NCBI GenBank assembly: GCA_001179505.1 | Contig: CDMY01000309.1 | Span: forward strand, 62,001 to 126,000 | From: Vitrella brassicaformis CCMP3155 | Lineage: Eukaryota; Protista; Chromerida | Length of the DNA: 64,000 bases | Direction of reading: 5' to 3' | Shown: positions 24,108 through 37,008 of the stretch, piece after piece | Layout of the letters: every line of letters begins with the position of its first letter | Position numbering within the stretch: position 1 is the stretch's first letter | The notes under the pieces: generated by a model | Seen by the model: only the letters and a program-made list of their open reading frames with translations | What the model was told of the DNA's origin: nothing | Database searches by the model: none | Position numbers and translations under genes: made by a program

Positions 24108-26883
24108 AGAGCTGGTGCCCTTCCGTCCCTCATTGAAACCCTCAGGCGCACTAAGGGACTGCCAGAAATCGACATCCGAGACATCGCGAGCCGCTTGGCT
24201 GTCGTCGTGGATCATCTGCAGTGGGTGGAAGGAGCAGTGCTCGAGACATCTAACGTCTTACCGACGGTCATTCAGCTGCTGGATCATGACCATGAGAGCA
24301 TCAAGATGACCGCAATGTCGATGCTCGCCTTCTCCGGTATTTGGATGCACCAGTCCCGGCATCGCCACTGTCCAGATGTGCAACTCGGTGTGGCCGAAGT
24401 TTTAGTCAAGCATGAGGTGGTGACGAAGCTCTCGCCCTCCCTGTTGTCAACGAACCCGGATCTCAGGAGGACAGCCGCCTCCACGATCCTTATTGTCCTT
24501 CTCACGGTGCTGCCAGGTGTATGCGGGAGCGAGAGGAAGCAGGAAGGGGGCACCGTCAGTCTTCAGGAGATAGTTGACACTAATGTGTTGCCCAACGCTT
24601 TCAACGCCCTCAAACGTGCCGAAGTTGATGGCTCCTTGGTTTATGCTGAGGGTCTTATTGATGTGTCTTACTCGATCCTGATTTGGGCCACGTGCAGCTC
24701 GCTTCTATCAGAGGGAAACGAGCAACAGGTATGCCGGACATTTCAGCCAGGTTAACAAGGGTATTTTGTTGGTTCCTGGATCCTCTTGTTTGTGCAGCGT
24801 AGATATGCGGTGGACAATTTATGCCCTGACCAAGTATGTGGACTTTGCCCCCGGCGCGATGCGCACGATCCTGTTGTTCTCACGATGCTCACGTCGCTTA
24901 ATGAGATACTCCGGTATGCAGCAGAGCGCTGGTTCTCACTGTCACTGTCATTATGATTGGTGGCATGGTGTGTCGATCAGGAACGATGCTGTCTTGGGCG
25001 AAGAAATTGCCGATATCATATTCAGCAGGGTGAGGGCTCATTCGCTCGCCCATGCACTCATGGAGCAGAGAGCTTCTTTTGTCTGTTCTGCTTGCGACTG
25101 TAGGAAGGATGCCATCGGACGATCGAGAGCCTTACCAAGAGCTCCGGACCTCGTTTTGCTGCTGCGGCCAAGGAGCTTATGCGTGCACTGTCCAACCACG
25201 CGACGAGGCTACATCCCCTGCCAAGAGACGACGGAAGGGTACGACACATACGCGCTGTGAAGCGTCTCCATGAATGTCTCCATGAATGTCTCTCCCTTTC
25301 TCTCTTGCCTGCAGCCGTCCTCTCTCTCGACGTCACCACCCTGGGTTGGAGGCGGCATGTTCCTTTTTGTGGTGGCCCTGTCAGGGCTGTGGTGCTTCGT
25401 TGCCCATCCCTGGCTGCAGCGTCGCCAGCTGCGCCAGGACGAACGGCAAGCGGATCAAGCAGCAGCGGAGCTTCCTCGTCAAAGAAAACAGGCGAAGGGA
25501 AACAGCGACCACCAGGGCCAGGCACAGGCGGCCAACAGACAGCCGGGGACTCACCACACGGCAGCCAACCAGCCCCTGTCAGCAGCCCCTGTCCCAGCGA
25601 GACAGCAAAGCAAGAGGAAGAAACCCAAAGAGAAAGGAGCCAGCCGTCAAGACGAGGTCAAAGGAGCACCAGCGTCTGCTGCAGCTGATGTCGATGGGAG
25701 TACTTCTTCCACTGTCACACCCAGCGGCAGCAGCGACTGCCTGACGCCCACCAGCCCTGCAGATGAAGTGGGCGCATCGGCTGGTTCTCATCAGCAGGAC
25801 CAGGAGCGTCAGCAGCGGGAGGTGGCGACAGCAGATGGTGGCGGCCAGTGGACTCAGGCGGGGGCGAGACACCGAAAGAAGAAGGCCACAGGAACGGGGT
25901 CGAGCAGGGAGGACGCATCTTCACGACAAAAGGCTGGCCAGGAGACCCCCGAGGCATCTCGGCAGACGGTGCCCGCACATCAGATGCCCCACCCCTTGAA
26001 GCCGCCCAGCAGCTCTGCAGCAATGAGGAAAGGTGGCGGAAACCACGCGCGTGGCGGTATCAGCAGTGCCACCTTGACGGCCGACCAGGCGCCACGCCAT
26101 ACCACGCCGGCAGTGACCAATGGTACGACAACAAGGAGGAGGGCCGCTGGGAGGGGCCTGGGGCTGCCAGCAACTATACCACCACCACCAGGCGCGTTCC
26201 CTCCCAATCCCTTGCTGTCGTGGACGGAGGAGGTGGTCAGCAGCTCGACAGCTCAGCGGCCACCCACACCCACACCCACACCCCCGCCCCCTCCGCCCGT
26301 CCCGCGTCAGGTCTCGTGTGATGCTCGTCAGGCGTCCTCACCGGTGAGCTCCCCGCCACTCGTGTCTTCGGTGTGCAGCGAGACGACACCATCTGCACCG
26401 CACCGCCGCCCACGGTACGCACTAGCCAGACAGGCAGACAGACAGACAGAGACTGTTGGATGTCGTTATGTTGTTTGTCTATCGCTGTGCTGATTCAGGG
26501 ACGGGCGGTCTCATGCCGTGCAGCTCGAGAGAAGTGCTGCCAGCAGAAGCAGTGTGGCTGCGGGAACGGTAGACTGTCTCATTTGTTTCGGCGAGCACGG
26601 CCCTGCGTCCGTCATGTACATCCCCTGCAGACACATGCACACCTGCACCAAGTGCTACGCTGACCGCAAGAATGCATGGCAGCAGAGCCTCCCCCGCATC
26701 AAGGCCGAGAATGCCCGGCGGGCTGAGGAGAACAAGGAGCGCATCAAGCGAGACGAGGAGCCGCTGCCATTGCGACCCGAGGGATACCAGTGCGAGCAGT
26801 GCAACACCGAGGTGGTGTTTACGGGGTCGGTGGATGCGGTGGCCCGCTGGGCCACCAGCCCATTCATGTCACAGCCGACCTGA
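23571..26883 (+). CDS. ARM/HEAT-repeat, TM helix, disordered linker and C-terminal C3HC4 RING protein (putative E3 ligase)
   Basis: Phase-consistent splicing joins ARM-like exons (QLDALWAISVMLAS, AGALPSLIETL, NVLPTVIQLLDHDHESIKMTA) to GMFLFVVALSGLWCFVAHPW (TM) and to CLICFGEHGPASVMYIPCRHMHTCTKC...CEQC. Confidence 0.75.
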
Positions 26884-27718
26884 CTGAGTGGAAGTTTCAT
26901 AGCACAAAGGGGTGGGTGGGATGGGATGGGTGCATGGCATGGCTGTCGGAAAGACAGGAGCATGTTGCCTGCCTGCCTTGTGTGGGTATGCATGTGTTTA
27001 CGTGTGCATTGAAGGTGACTGACTGGACTGACTATGAGCATCCTCGATGCAGGTGCAGGCAGGTACAACACAAATAGGTGTCATATATGTCGAGAACGAA
27101 GTAGGTCGTGTGTGTCTTGCTGCGCATCTGACCCTTGCATGCGCCTCGTTGCGAAAGTTTGAGAAGCGTGTGCCCTGTACGAACTGGTGGCAATGTGGCA
27201 TCAATTGCATGGTAGACGCTTCAGGGGATTCTGAGCATGTTGAGTTGAATGAGAGACGCTTTTTATCTCGCACGCACCAGATCTGACCGTACGTCCCTGC
27301 TTCGAATTTGTGACCGTCATGCAATTCGAATTATGGATGAGTCACGGGATGACACGCACCCTCACACACACACACACGGCACACACACGCACGCACACTG
27401 CACATACAGGCCTTCCCCCCCTCCCTCTCTGCGCGTGGACCCCTGTGGACGTGAGCCTGTGTGTGAGTGTGTCTGTCTGTCTGCCACGCACTGCTGCACA
27501 CGCGCATCCACCAATTTCGCAAACCCTACGCATAATTAGGGATTAGCTGGGCACGTCAGCCGCCGCCCGGCCCCCTTGCAATGGAGAAAGCCTCCCGCGC
27601 AGCGATCGGCAAAATGCGAGCTTAGACGTTTCACCCCCTCCTCTCCCCCCCACGGAATCTATCGTCAGTTGTCCACGTGGTGGTCATTGCACGTCGAGGA
27701 AGATGTTTTGATTCTTTG

Positions 27719-29179
27719 ATGGCTTTCACATCGACACATGGTGCTGCGCATTCATTCTTTGTGGCGTCTATGTGCTGCTTTCTGGGTGCGCGTCTGTCAC
27801 TGGCTGCCGAGCAAAAGCTGAGACCACTGCTTGGCTTCTGCAACGGGCCACAGAGGCGGCGGCGAGGGCCGACGTGCTTCGCTGCCGCTGCTCCCGAATA
27901 CAAGGTACGTACCGCATCACGGGAAGGAGGCACCTGTGCACTGTCCTCTGTGTCATGGCTTTGCCAGCTTCTGGATTTGGTGAAGATCTTCGGCCGACTG
28001 GTGAGTACTGAACAAGAGGCAAGTTTGGCCTGCCCTCCGTTGCTTCTCGTCTGTCCATCCATCCCTCAGGCCGAGCATGAGCACCGCATCTCCACCCAAG
28101 CGCTGCTGACGGCCCGATACGCACCTGAAGACCTCCAGGGTAGATTCGAACCATACAGCACCGGCATCGGTAAGAAGCAAGCAAGAGAGAGCAGACAGAC
28201 GGACGACAGGATTGTCTGCGCAGCTCCTATGGTGGACTGGCCTGATGGCAAGAGACCGCACTCACGGTGGCATCTGCTCTATCGAGTGGGCGATGAGGGC
28301 ATCACCCGACAGAACTTCTTCGCGAGGCTCCCGCCACTTGCATGTAGGCGAGTCGAGCCACTTGTGCTCGATAGATATCTTTTCCGTCATTCCTTTGTGG
28401 TGTGTGTCACTTGTCAGTCAAATGGCCAGTTGACATTGATGGCGACATCATCGCACCGGACGCCGTCCTGCAGCTGGCATCGAGGCGGCGCAATCTGCAG
28501 CAGGCGATGGCGAAAGGCACACACGCCCAGGAAACCGAGCAAAGCCAGTGGGCCGAGGAGATGGGCGGCATCCTCGACAGCCCGGAGGAGGAAAAGCGGC
28601 GGCAGCAGCTGCTCGAGACCTCCGAGATGGACGCAAAGACGAAGGACAGGGGGCCGTTGTTCCCCTTCTTGTGGCCGTTCTGGGAGGATGACGGTGGGGA
28701 GTCCCAGACGGATGCGACGGCGGAGGGAAGGTCGGTGCCGTCCACATCGCCCTTCAGACGGCTGCTGAATGCTGAGGTGTCGAGAATGCCCATCTCTGCC
28801 AACGCCATGGCTGCCGTCTGGACGACGTAGGCGCAAAAGACAAGGAAGACCAGGATGCTTGGTGCGTGACATGGATGAGTCTGGGTGTCCATGGATGTGT
28901 GCAGGCTGAGCCGCGGTGAAGTGTACCTAAGCCGCGAGCAGGTCGCGAGACGGCTCAGGCGCATCAGCAGAGGTACTTCTGTTAGTGCGGATGTGTTTCG
29001 TTGCGGAACCATTATGGATCTCTCGTCTTTGTGATGCAGGTGCCCCTTTGCTGGGGTTGGACCAGTTTGTGCAGACGGTCTTGGAGGAGACGTTCATTCC
29101 TCCGTCATTCGGGTTGGCTGACCTGAGGCGGGCCAAGGACGCAGAGGGTGTGGATGACCCGAGGCTTGGTCTGTTGTAG
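27719..29179 (+). CDS. Hypothetical protein with a possible bipartite plastid-targeting leader
   Basis: Hydrophobic N-terminus (SFFVASMCCFLGARLSLA) followed by an Arg-rich stretch. GT-AG exons continue through KWPVDIDGDIIAPDAVLQLA to ...GVDDPRLGLL* at 29179. Confidence 0.55.
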
Positions 29180-29584
29180 ACTATGAGGATGTGGCTAACA
29201 AAGGACAAAGGATACTAGCTTTTTGTCGTCGTGTCTGTGTACAGTTGTCATGTGTGTTTGACTGTGTGAATACTCATATGCTTTTTGGACGGCAACTGCC
29301 GTGGCTTAGACGACACCGACCTCTCTCTCTCCTTTTCTTTCGTCGCCTGTGTCGGTTGAGTGAGTGAGTGAGTGAGTGTGAAATGGACGACACAGACGGA
29401 TTTCTGGTATCACTCCATCGTTGAATCGATCGTCGGTTCACACACTGTGCGAGCGAGTCTTCTCAGTCAATGACATTCATTCGCCTACCCTCCATAATCG
29501 CGTCATACACAGACAACACACCAACCAGAAAGACAGACAGGCAGACCTCTCACCCCCACCCTCTCCCACCTCCCAATCATATAA

Positions 29585-32500
29585 CTACTCGAAGGTCAGT
29601 GCGAGCAGGTTGTTGTCCATCGAGTCAGCCACAGTCTGCAGCCACCCACCCCTGGCAGGCATCGAGCCCCTCCTCCCATCACGAGACTGAAGCCTCTGAA
29701 TCCGCCCTTCAAAGGCCGTCAGGTACGCACCACCACCAGCAGCGGGGGGCAGAAGGTAGTCGTTCCTGCCCCGTCCCACTCGCTCATTCGCCGTTGTGTA
29801 GGAGGTGCGGTAGAGGGGGCTCGGCGATGGGGCGGTGGCCGCAGCAGCGGCGCCAGCAGACGAGGGGCGCTCTTCCTCCTGTCTCGCGGTCCTCTTGGCT
29901 GCTGATATCCTGGATGACGACATGAATCGTGAGAAGAAGCCTCCCTGCCGCTGCTGTGTGGATGCGGACGAGGGGGAGGATGGGGCGGGAGAGGACGGCA
30001 CGTACCTGGCGGAAAGGTCGGCTGTGTGCTTGTCAAAAAGTGTGTTTCTCGTGTGTACATGTTGGTGTCTCTTCGTGTGTTGCGGCTGTTGATGTCATTG
30101 ACGAGGTTCTTGAGGTCCAGGTTGGCGATCTCCAACGAGGTCGCCCGGACCTCTGACTGGGCTCGGACCTCCTCTGCCTCCAGCAACCTGCGAGAGCACA
30201 GAAGGCACACTTGTGGCCCTTGTTGGGTCGGTATGAGTGTGTTGTGGCATACTTGGCCTCGAGCTGGTGCATCTGTGCGCTGAACCGCTCGGCACGCTGC
30301 TGCGCCTCGGCGCGGTCGTCACTGAAACGACCGATCCAGCCAGGCAACCAAGTTTACACTCCGCATACGGCCATGGTGGACGTTCGCGAGTTTGAGGCCT
30401 TGTGGGCTTCCGGTGCTTACGCGCATTTTCTGTTTGCTTCGGCCAGTCGTGTCTCGAGTTGGTGCTTGGTCTCCTGCAGACGGCTCACCTCCATCTACAC
30501 GCAGAGAGACACAGAGAGACAGAGACAAAGACGTTGACCATAGGCATGACCAGGGCAATGATCGCTGCCTACCTCCAGCTCCTGAGCTCGCCTCTGCACC
30601 TCGTTGAGGCTGCCCCTCGCCCGACGCTGCTCAGCATCCAGCTGCCGGCCCTACACAGCACACACACCCATCTCATCATTGGGCCGTGTGTGCCTTCATA
30701 CGTACGGCCTCGTCGCGGGTCTTCTGCAGCTCCTCCTGCACCCTGCATTTGTTCACACACACATACAAACATGCGACAAGACAAGACAGACATGCTCCCA
30801 TGTACGTGTCATGAAGGGCCTTGAGCTGCTGATGCGCGACTTTCTCAGACATATACTGTTGCCGAACCACCTCAAGCTGATTGAGACATACACCAAGACA
30901 CACAGACGAGCCCTCAGTTCATATATTGTGAAGAGATCTTCCACACTGAGACACTCATACACACACACACACACACACCTCCTGCAGTTGTTCCTGGCTG
31001 GCGTCCAGCTGTCTGCGGAGGGAATCGTTCTCGCGCTGCAGCTCCTGCACGAGGCTCTCAGCCGCCCTCAGCTGGCTGTGCACCCCAGCTGTGTCACGTG
31101 CGTCCATGTGCACGCCGTTGATCTGTCTGCCGCCCTGGCGCAGCTCATGCTGCATATCCTCGAGACGCTGCTACGGTAGTAGTAGGAGACACATTGACAC
31201 CGATTGCAGGGGGATGTGTGGTGAGATGCGCTGTTACCTTGAGGGTGCTGTTTTCTTCTTTGAGAAAGGTGTTGTCCCGTTCGGCCTTGTTGAGCCGCTG
31301 GCGCCACAACCGGCCTTCCTCTTCCGCATAGTTCTGCATACACACACACAGACAGATATGTACAAGCATCTGTACGCCTGCTGCCTGCCTAATATTTGTT
31401 TTTGCCTTTTCCTGGAGAACGGCCCTGAGCCGGTCGGCCTGCCCCTGCAGGCGCCTCTCAAAGGTTTCCTCGGCTGTACGAGCCTTCTTCTCGTCCTGCA
31501 TACAGGTGATGTGTGCCCATAGATGACCGTACGAACCAGCAGATGACCATTCTGGGCTGGCCCACCTGCATCTTCTTGGCATTGATGGCATCGACGCGGC
31601 GCCGCAACTCACCCAGATGCTCCTGGAGGTCCTCAGCCGAACTGACATGACGTGGACGCACCGCCCCTCATCCATCCATTCTCGTATTGTTGTGACACCC
31701 ACCCACCCATACACACATACATGTATACCTTAGCGGCGTTTGAGTGCCATCCATCCTGTCTTCAGGATTGGTATGGGCCCTGTTGTAAGCATTGGGAAGA
31801 GGAGAAGGAGACGCGAAGGGGTTGGGGGGATCGACCGTAGCGGAACGATACACAGACTGAGCAGAAGGAGTAGCAGCAGCGGCAGGGGCGGCAGCGGCGG
31901 CAGGGGCACCCCCATCCTCGAACCGCAACTGAACAACACCAAAGAGCGAACAACGAATGCGCCACATGCTTCCCTGCTGTTTCTTCATCGCCTCACGTAC
32001 GCATCGAGTGGTGGTTCTGGCGATGTCCTGTCTGTGTCTCCCCTGGCCCGGCTCCATCTCCACCTCTGCCCAGCTTGTCGCCCTCTGTGCCCTCCCCCTC
32101 GGGCGGACGTCCTCACTTGACCGACCTGGCTTCACACCACCAGACCTCCGCTGACGCTCACCGGGCCCCCTCGGCGACGAACAGGCCGAGAAGGACGAGC
32201 AGTGCATCCTTGCCGAAAGCAGTGGCGGGTGGGGATCGACGTGGGCTGCTCCCGGCTGCTGCGGGATGACCAGTGGCTCCTCCTCCCTAATGGCCGACAG
32301 GTCTGGCAGCGGCGGCACGATCCGAGTGGCGGGTTCGTGACTGAAGGAGGGAGACCTGGGCAGCAGCGAGGCAGCAGCTGCCGATGGGCTGACACGGGGC
32401 GAAAGCACACCGGGGTAGAGCAGCGGCGGACACACCGCTGGCTTCACGCAGGTGTCGAACAGGGCGCACCTTGAGGAGCTATGCTGGCTGAGCCTCGTCT

Positions 32501-33062
32501 CTGGCGACAGCTGAATCTGAGGCTGATGCCGACGGGCAGCCGAATATGACGGCCGCGGGCTCAGAAAACAGAAAGGGTTGCTCCGCGGCCTCGTCCGCGG
32601 CTTGCTGTGGAACACCAGGTGCTGTGAGTCGGTGCTGTCCGTCTTGGCGTCACTAGGATGCCTCTTTGCAGTGGTGCAGGGGAGCCGCAGAACGATCGGC
32701 GGCCGACAGGTGACTCGCGCCACACTCTCAGCAGCGCAGTTTGTGGGATAACTGAGGAGGGGAGCTGGGCATGGCGAGGGAGGCACCGGCAAGTGGGGGA
32801 CGGAGGCGCTGGGCGGGATGGAGACGTACGGCAGGAGGGGCGAGGAGGGGCCGCTGCAGGACGGCGCGGGATCCCCTGCTGCCGACGATGTGGCTGTTGC
32901 TGTCAGTGCAGAAGCGCTCATTCCTTCTCTTGGGGGCTGAGACTGCTCCGAGCTCGCACACGACGATTTGCATCTCGCATCGCCTCGCCCATCCGCGCCT
33001 GCAATCCCCCGCTGCCAGACAGTCAGGCAGGGGAAGACGACGAGCTGCTGTACGAACAGCAT
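29585..33062 (-). CDS. Large coiled-coil protein with Pro/Ser-rich N-terminus, multi-exon; 5' end uncertain near the gap
   Basis: Heptad-rich exons (LQRENDSLRRQLDASQEQLQ, MEVSRLQETKHQLETRLAEANRK, LEAEEVRAQSEVRATSLEIANLDLKNLVND). Last exon ends ...NNLLALTFE* at 29585. Confidence 0.6.
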
Positions 33063-33192
33063 GTCTTAGATCAGTGGCCGCTCGACGTCGAGCTCTCTGA
33101 CTAGCCTCTGGGTGTCTTGCCTATGTCTGGCTGTCATTCTCATATACCTGCAACCGTTGTCGACAGCGATTTTCTGACCATCATAGGGTGGC

Positions 33193-33492
33193 NNNNNNNN
33201 NNNNNNNNNNNNNNNNNNNNNNNNNNNNNNNNNNNNNNNNNNNNNNNNNNNNNNNNNNNNNNNNNNNNNNNNNNNNNNNNNNNNNNNNNNNNNNNNNNNN
33301 NNNNNNNNNNNNNNNNNNNNNNNNNNNNNNNNNNNNNNNNNNNNNNNNNNNNNNNNNNNNNNNNNNNNNNNNNNNNNNNNNNNNNNNNNNNNNNNNNNNN
33401 NNNNNNNNNNNNNNNNNNNNNNNNNNNNNNNNNNNNNNNNNNNNNNNNNNNNNNNNNNNNNNNNNNNNNNNNNNNNNNNNNNNNNNNNNNNN
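33193..33492. other. Assembly gap (300 N)
   Basis: 300 N; both flanks carry the same 10-mer, atagggtggc. Confidence 1.
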
Positions 33493-33704
33493 ATAGGGTG
33501 GCACGTGCGTGTCGAGTGGGTGGGTGGGTGGGATGGGGAGACAGGCCGTGTGCATGCTTCTATGCATGTGCATGCTGCTAGTTTAGTGCGTGACCTGGAC
33601 AGGATCCCCTCGGGGTTACAGACACGAGTCTCGTTAAACACAATAACCAACCAACCAACCGCTGACGCTCCTCGTTTCTCAGAAGCGGGATCTGAAGTGC
33701 AATC

Positions 33705-36526
33705 ATGCCGATTTCAGAAGAGCGGCTGTTGGTGAAGCCAGCAGAGCAGGACTCAACAGCCGTCAAGAACGCGGCCGTCGCGCGCAAGCTGGTCGTCGCA
33801 TCACTCATATGCGTCAGCCAAAGACACAGCACTGACAGCAAAGACAGCTAGACGATCTGCGCCCATTATCATTTGGCAATGTGTGTGTGCCTGTGTTGGC
33901 GCAGCTGCTGTTCATGATTGTGGAGGTCGTGGGCGGCTTCCTGGCCCGCTCGCTGGCCCTCATGACCGACGCTACGCACCTGCTGTCAGATCTGGCATCA
34001 AACCTTATCGGGTCCACCACACATAAGCAGAAACACGCATCTCTCTAGTTTTGCACCCGTCTGTGTTTGTGTTGGTTTGTTTGTTTCTCTGTGCAGGTTG
34101 TTTGCCATATGGTTGGCGAGCAAGCAGGGGACGACCAGCCTGTCGTTCGGCTATCACCGAGCTGAGATCCTGGGTGCCCTCGTCAGCGTGTTCATCATTT
34201 GGGGCGTTACAGGTCGGTAGGGGGACGCACAGACAGGGATCGATGCACTCATGTTGGTCGGAATGGTGGATAGATGGATGAATGGATGGATGCACTTATT
34301 GCCGCCTGCATCGTTGTCAGCGTGGCTGCTGTGGGAGGCTGTGGATCGAGCCATCAACCCAACGGCGGTCGACGGCAAGATCATGTCAATCACGGTAGGT
34401 ATTGCGGACCGATCCCATCACGTTGTGTGCCCTATCATGATGTTGGTTTGTGGTTTGGTCAGGCGCTCATCGGCCTGGTGGTCAATCTCATTCTCACACA
34501 AGTGCTGCAGACACACAGGTGCGCATTTGCTGGCCTGCAGACAACATTCTAAAGATGGACACCCACCCCTCTCTGTCTGCTTGTGTCTGCTCAGTCACGG
34601 TATCGGACACCAGTGCCACGGCCACTCCCATGACCACGGCCACACACACACCCACACACACACCCACACACACACCGACCACCTCAAGCACCACGAGGAT
34701 GGCACCCACGCCCATCACCCACCACACACAGCAGCAGGCCACCCCGACCGGAGCGGCAAGGTCGGCATCACCCCCACCTTCCCCGTGCACCCTCATGCCG
34801 GCGACAGCCTCCACAGCAGCAGCCAGCAGGTCAACGGCCACCCCTCGTCGGGCGTCAACGACAGCTCACACAACAGCAGCAGCGGCGGGGGCCAGAGCAG
34901 CGGACAGAGTGGGCAGAGTGTTCTGGGCGGGAGAGGTGGGCGTGTGCCGCCATCAGCACGGTCGGCGCCCTCGCCGTCTCGGCCGGGGATGCCCCTCTCT
35001 GCTGATGATACATCGCACTGGTGAGCGAGAATATATGGCACGAGAGGGGGGCGAAGTGCACGGCACCACTGTTGGTGGTGGGCGGTGCGGTGAGATGTGT
35101 GTGGATGTGATGTGTTTGTGCGCAGGCGGTCGACAGTGAGTGAGGAGGTGTGGGACGGCGGGGGGACCTCGCCACACATGCCATCACCCAACTCGGGCCC
35201 ATCGGCCATCCCTGAGGTCTGAATGAACCACACCACACACACACACACACACACACATACGGGGACTCATATGCTCTCTCTGTGTCTGTGTGGTGCACAC
35301 TTGTTTGCAGTCCAACATGTCTCAGCGGTCGTCGCCGATTCTGGAGAACGGTCAGGGCGTCGGCAAGAGGGCAGGCGGACATGTCTGTGGCGGCCACGGG
35401 CAGCACGATGGCCACCACCACAGCAGGGGTCGCGGTGGCGGTGGGAAACAGAAAGACCAGCAGCACAGGAGCATGAACCTTCAAGTAAGCGACCGACAGG
35501 AGAACAGCAGGCAATCCATAGCCAGCTGGTGAGGGGGCTGGTCAGTTAATGTCTGTCTGTGTGTGTGTTGGTAAATGAATGGTCAGGCTGCGTACATCCA
35601 TGCCTTGGGCGACCTCCTGCAGAGCTTGGGAGTGCTTATCGCCGCATTGTGCATATGGTAGGTCACCCACCGCACTGCACTGCACTGCACTGCACCTTAC
35701 CTACACACACAAACAGATGGATGCGCGAGGCGTCAATCCATCAGGTACAACCCCGGCTGGCACTTGGCCGATCCCCTGTGCACTTTCATTTTCTCGATAT
35801 TCGTCATGTGGACCACATTCGGGATCATCAAGGAGGCCACCAACGTGCTCATGGAGGGCACGCCAGAAGGGATCGACCTCGAGGACCTCCAAAGCGACCT
35901 CAGCGCCATACCGGGAGTCGTGTAAGCCACATCACATTCAACCGTCCATACTCTCTCTGTGTGTGTGTGGGTGGGTGGGTGGGTGTGTCAGTGAGGTGCA
36001 TGATCTGCACGTGTGGTCTCTCTCGATCGGCCACCCAGCCCTCGCCGTGCACATCGTCACTGGTGAGATGAGAGAGACGCACACCTGCCCTGCAGTCAGT
36101 GCCACATACATCAGTTAGTTCTATGTGTTCGTGTCTTCCGAATGGTTTGAACAGCCGAGGAGCCGCTGGCCCGTGAGATTCTGACGACGGCCACGGAGAT
36201 CTGCCAATCGAGCTACAACATCCTGCACACAACCATACAGGCAGGCACAGCCCCTGTCAGGCAGGCACCTCATAACGAAATGGCACGCCCACGCCCGCGC
36301 CCTTCTGTCTCCCTGTATTTCCTTTCGTCAGGTGGACTTTTCGATGGGCAAATCAGAGTGCGGGACGTCAGCGCACCGCAAGTGCCACGACCTCCTCAAC
36401 GGCTCAGCGGCGACAGCGACCCCGCCCGTCGACCCCCCACTGCCCCGGTCACACAGCGACTCGAGAGCCACTGTCCCCCACTGCTGCTCACACAACCACA
36501 AACATGGCGCCGACCACAAGGTCTAA
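33705..36526 (+). CDS. ZnT: CDF/SLC30 (ZnT2-like) zinc transporter with a very long His-rich loop
   Basis: EVVGGFLARSLALMTDATHLLSD (TM2 HxxxD), SFGYHRAEILGAL, NLQAAYIHALGDLLQSLGV (TM5 HxxxD), ADPLCT, VLMEGTP, VHDLHVWSL and HTTIQ. Confidence 0.95.
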
Positions 36527-37008
36527 AGCACTGGGGGGTGCGTTGAGGTGCTGCGGACAGCTGCATGTGTGTGTGTGTGCGTGAGGATTGTATGTGCGTA
36601 TCGCACTCTCGGCAACTCACTCAAGTGATTCTCCAGCTGTCGTGTATCCCACATGCATGGCATGCCTGAAGCCAGACAGGGGTCATGTCATCATGGACAG
36701 ACATGGACATGATTGATGCAGCAAAACTGCCAAACACATTCACCCATGACCATAAAAAGCACTTCTGCACACACTGCCTGCCTGCGTGCCGCCCGTCGAG
36801 GACATAGAGGCAATTGAGGGAAAATGATTGCAGGCAGGCAGGCAGTCAGGCAGGCAGGCATGACCCCTTCGGCTGTACACACAAAGAGGAGGCGTGGATG
36901 CGTCCATCCATCAATAGAACATACTGCACTCACTGCTCATGTATCGATACTAGGTGGATGGATGGATGGAATGCGATGGATGTCATCTACACAACATCAT
37001 CTCATTGG

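Noticed and set aside
33183-33502. Identical 10-mer atagggtggc on both sides of the gap (TSD-like, resembles a hAT TAGGG end, and also occurs reverse-complemented at 9827-9836)
   Set aside because: Same orientation on both flanks of a fixed 300-N placeholder is most simply a contig overlap. A 10-mer match elsewhere in 128 kb of two strands is plausible by chance.
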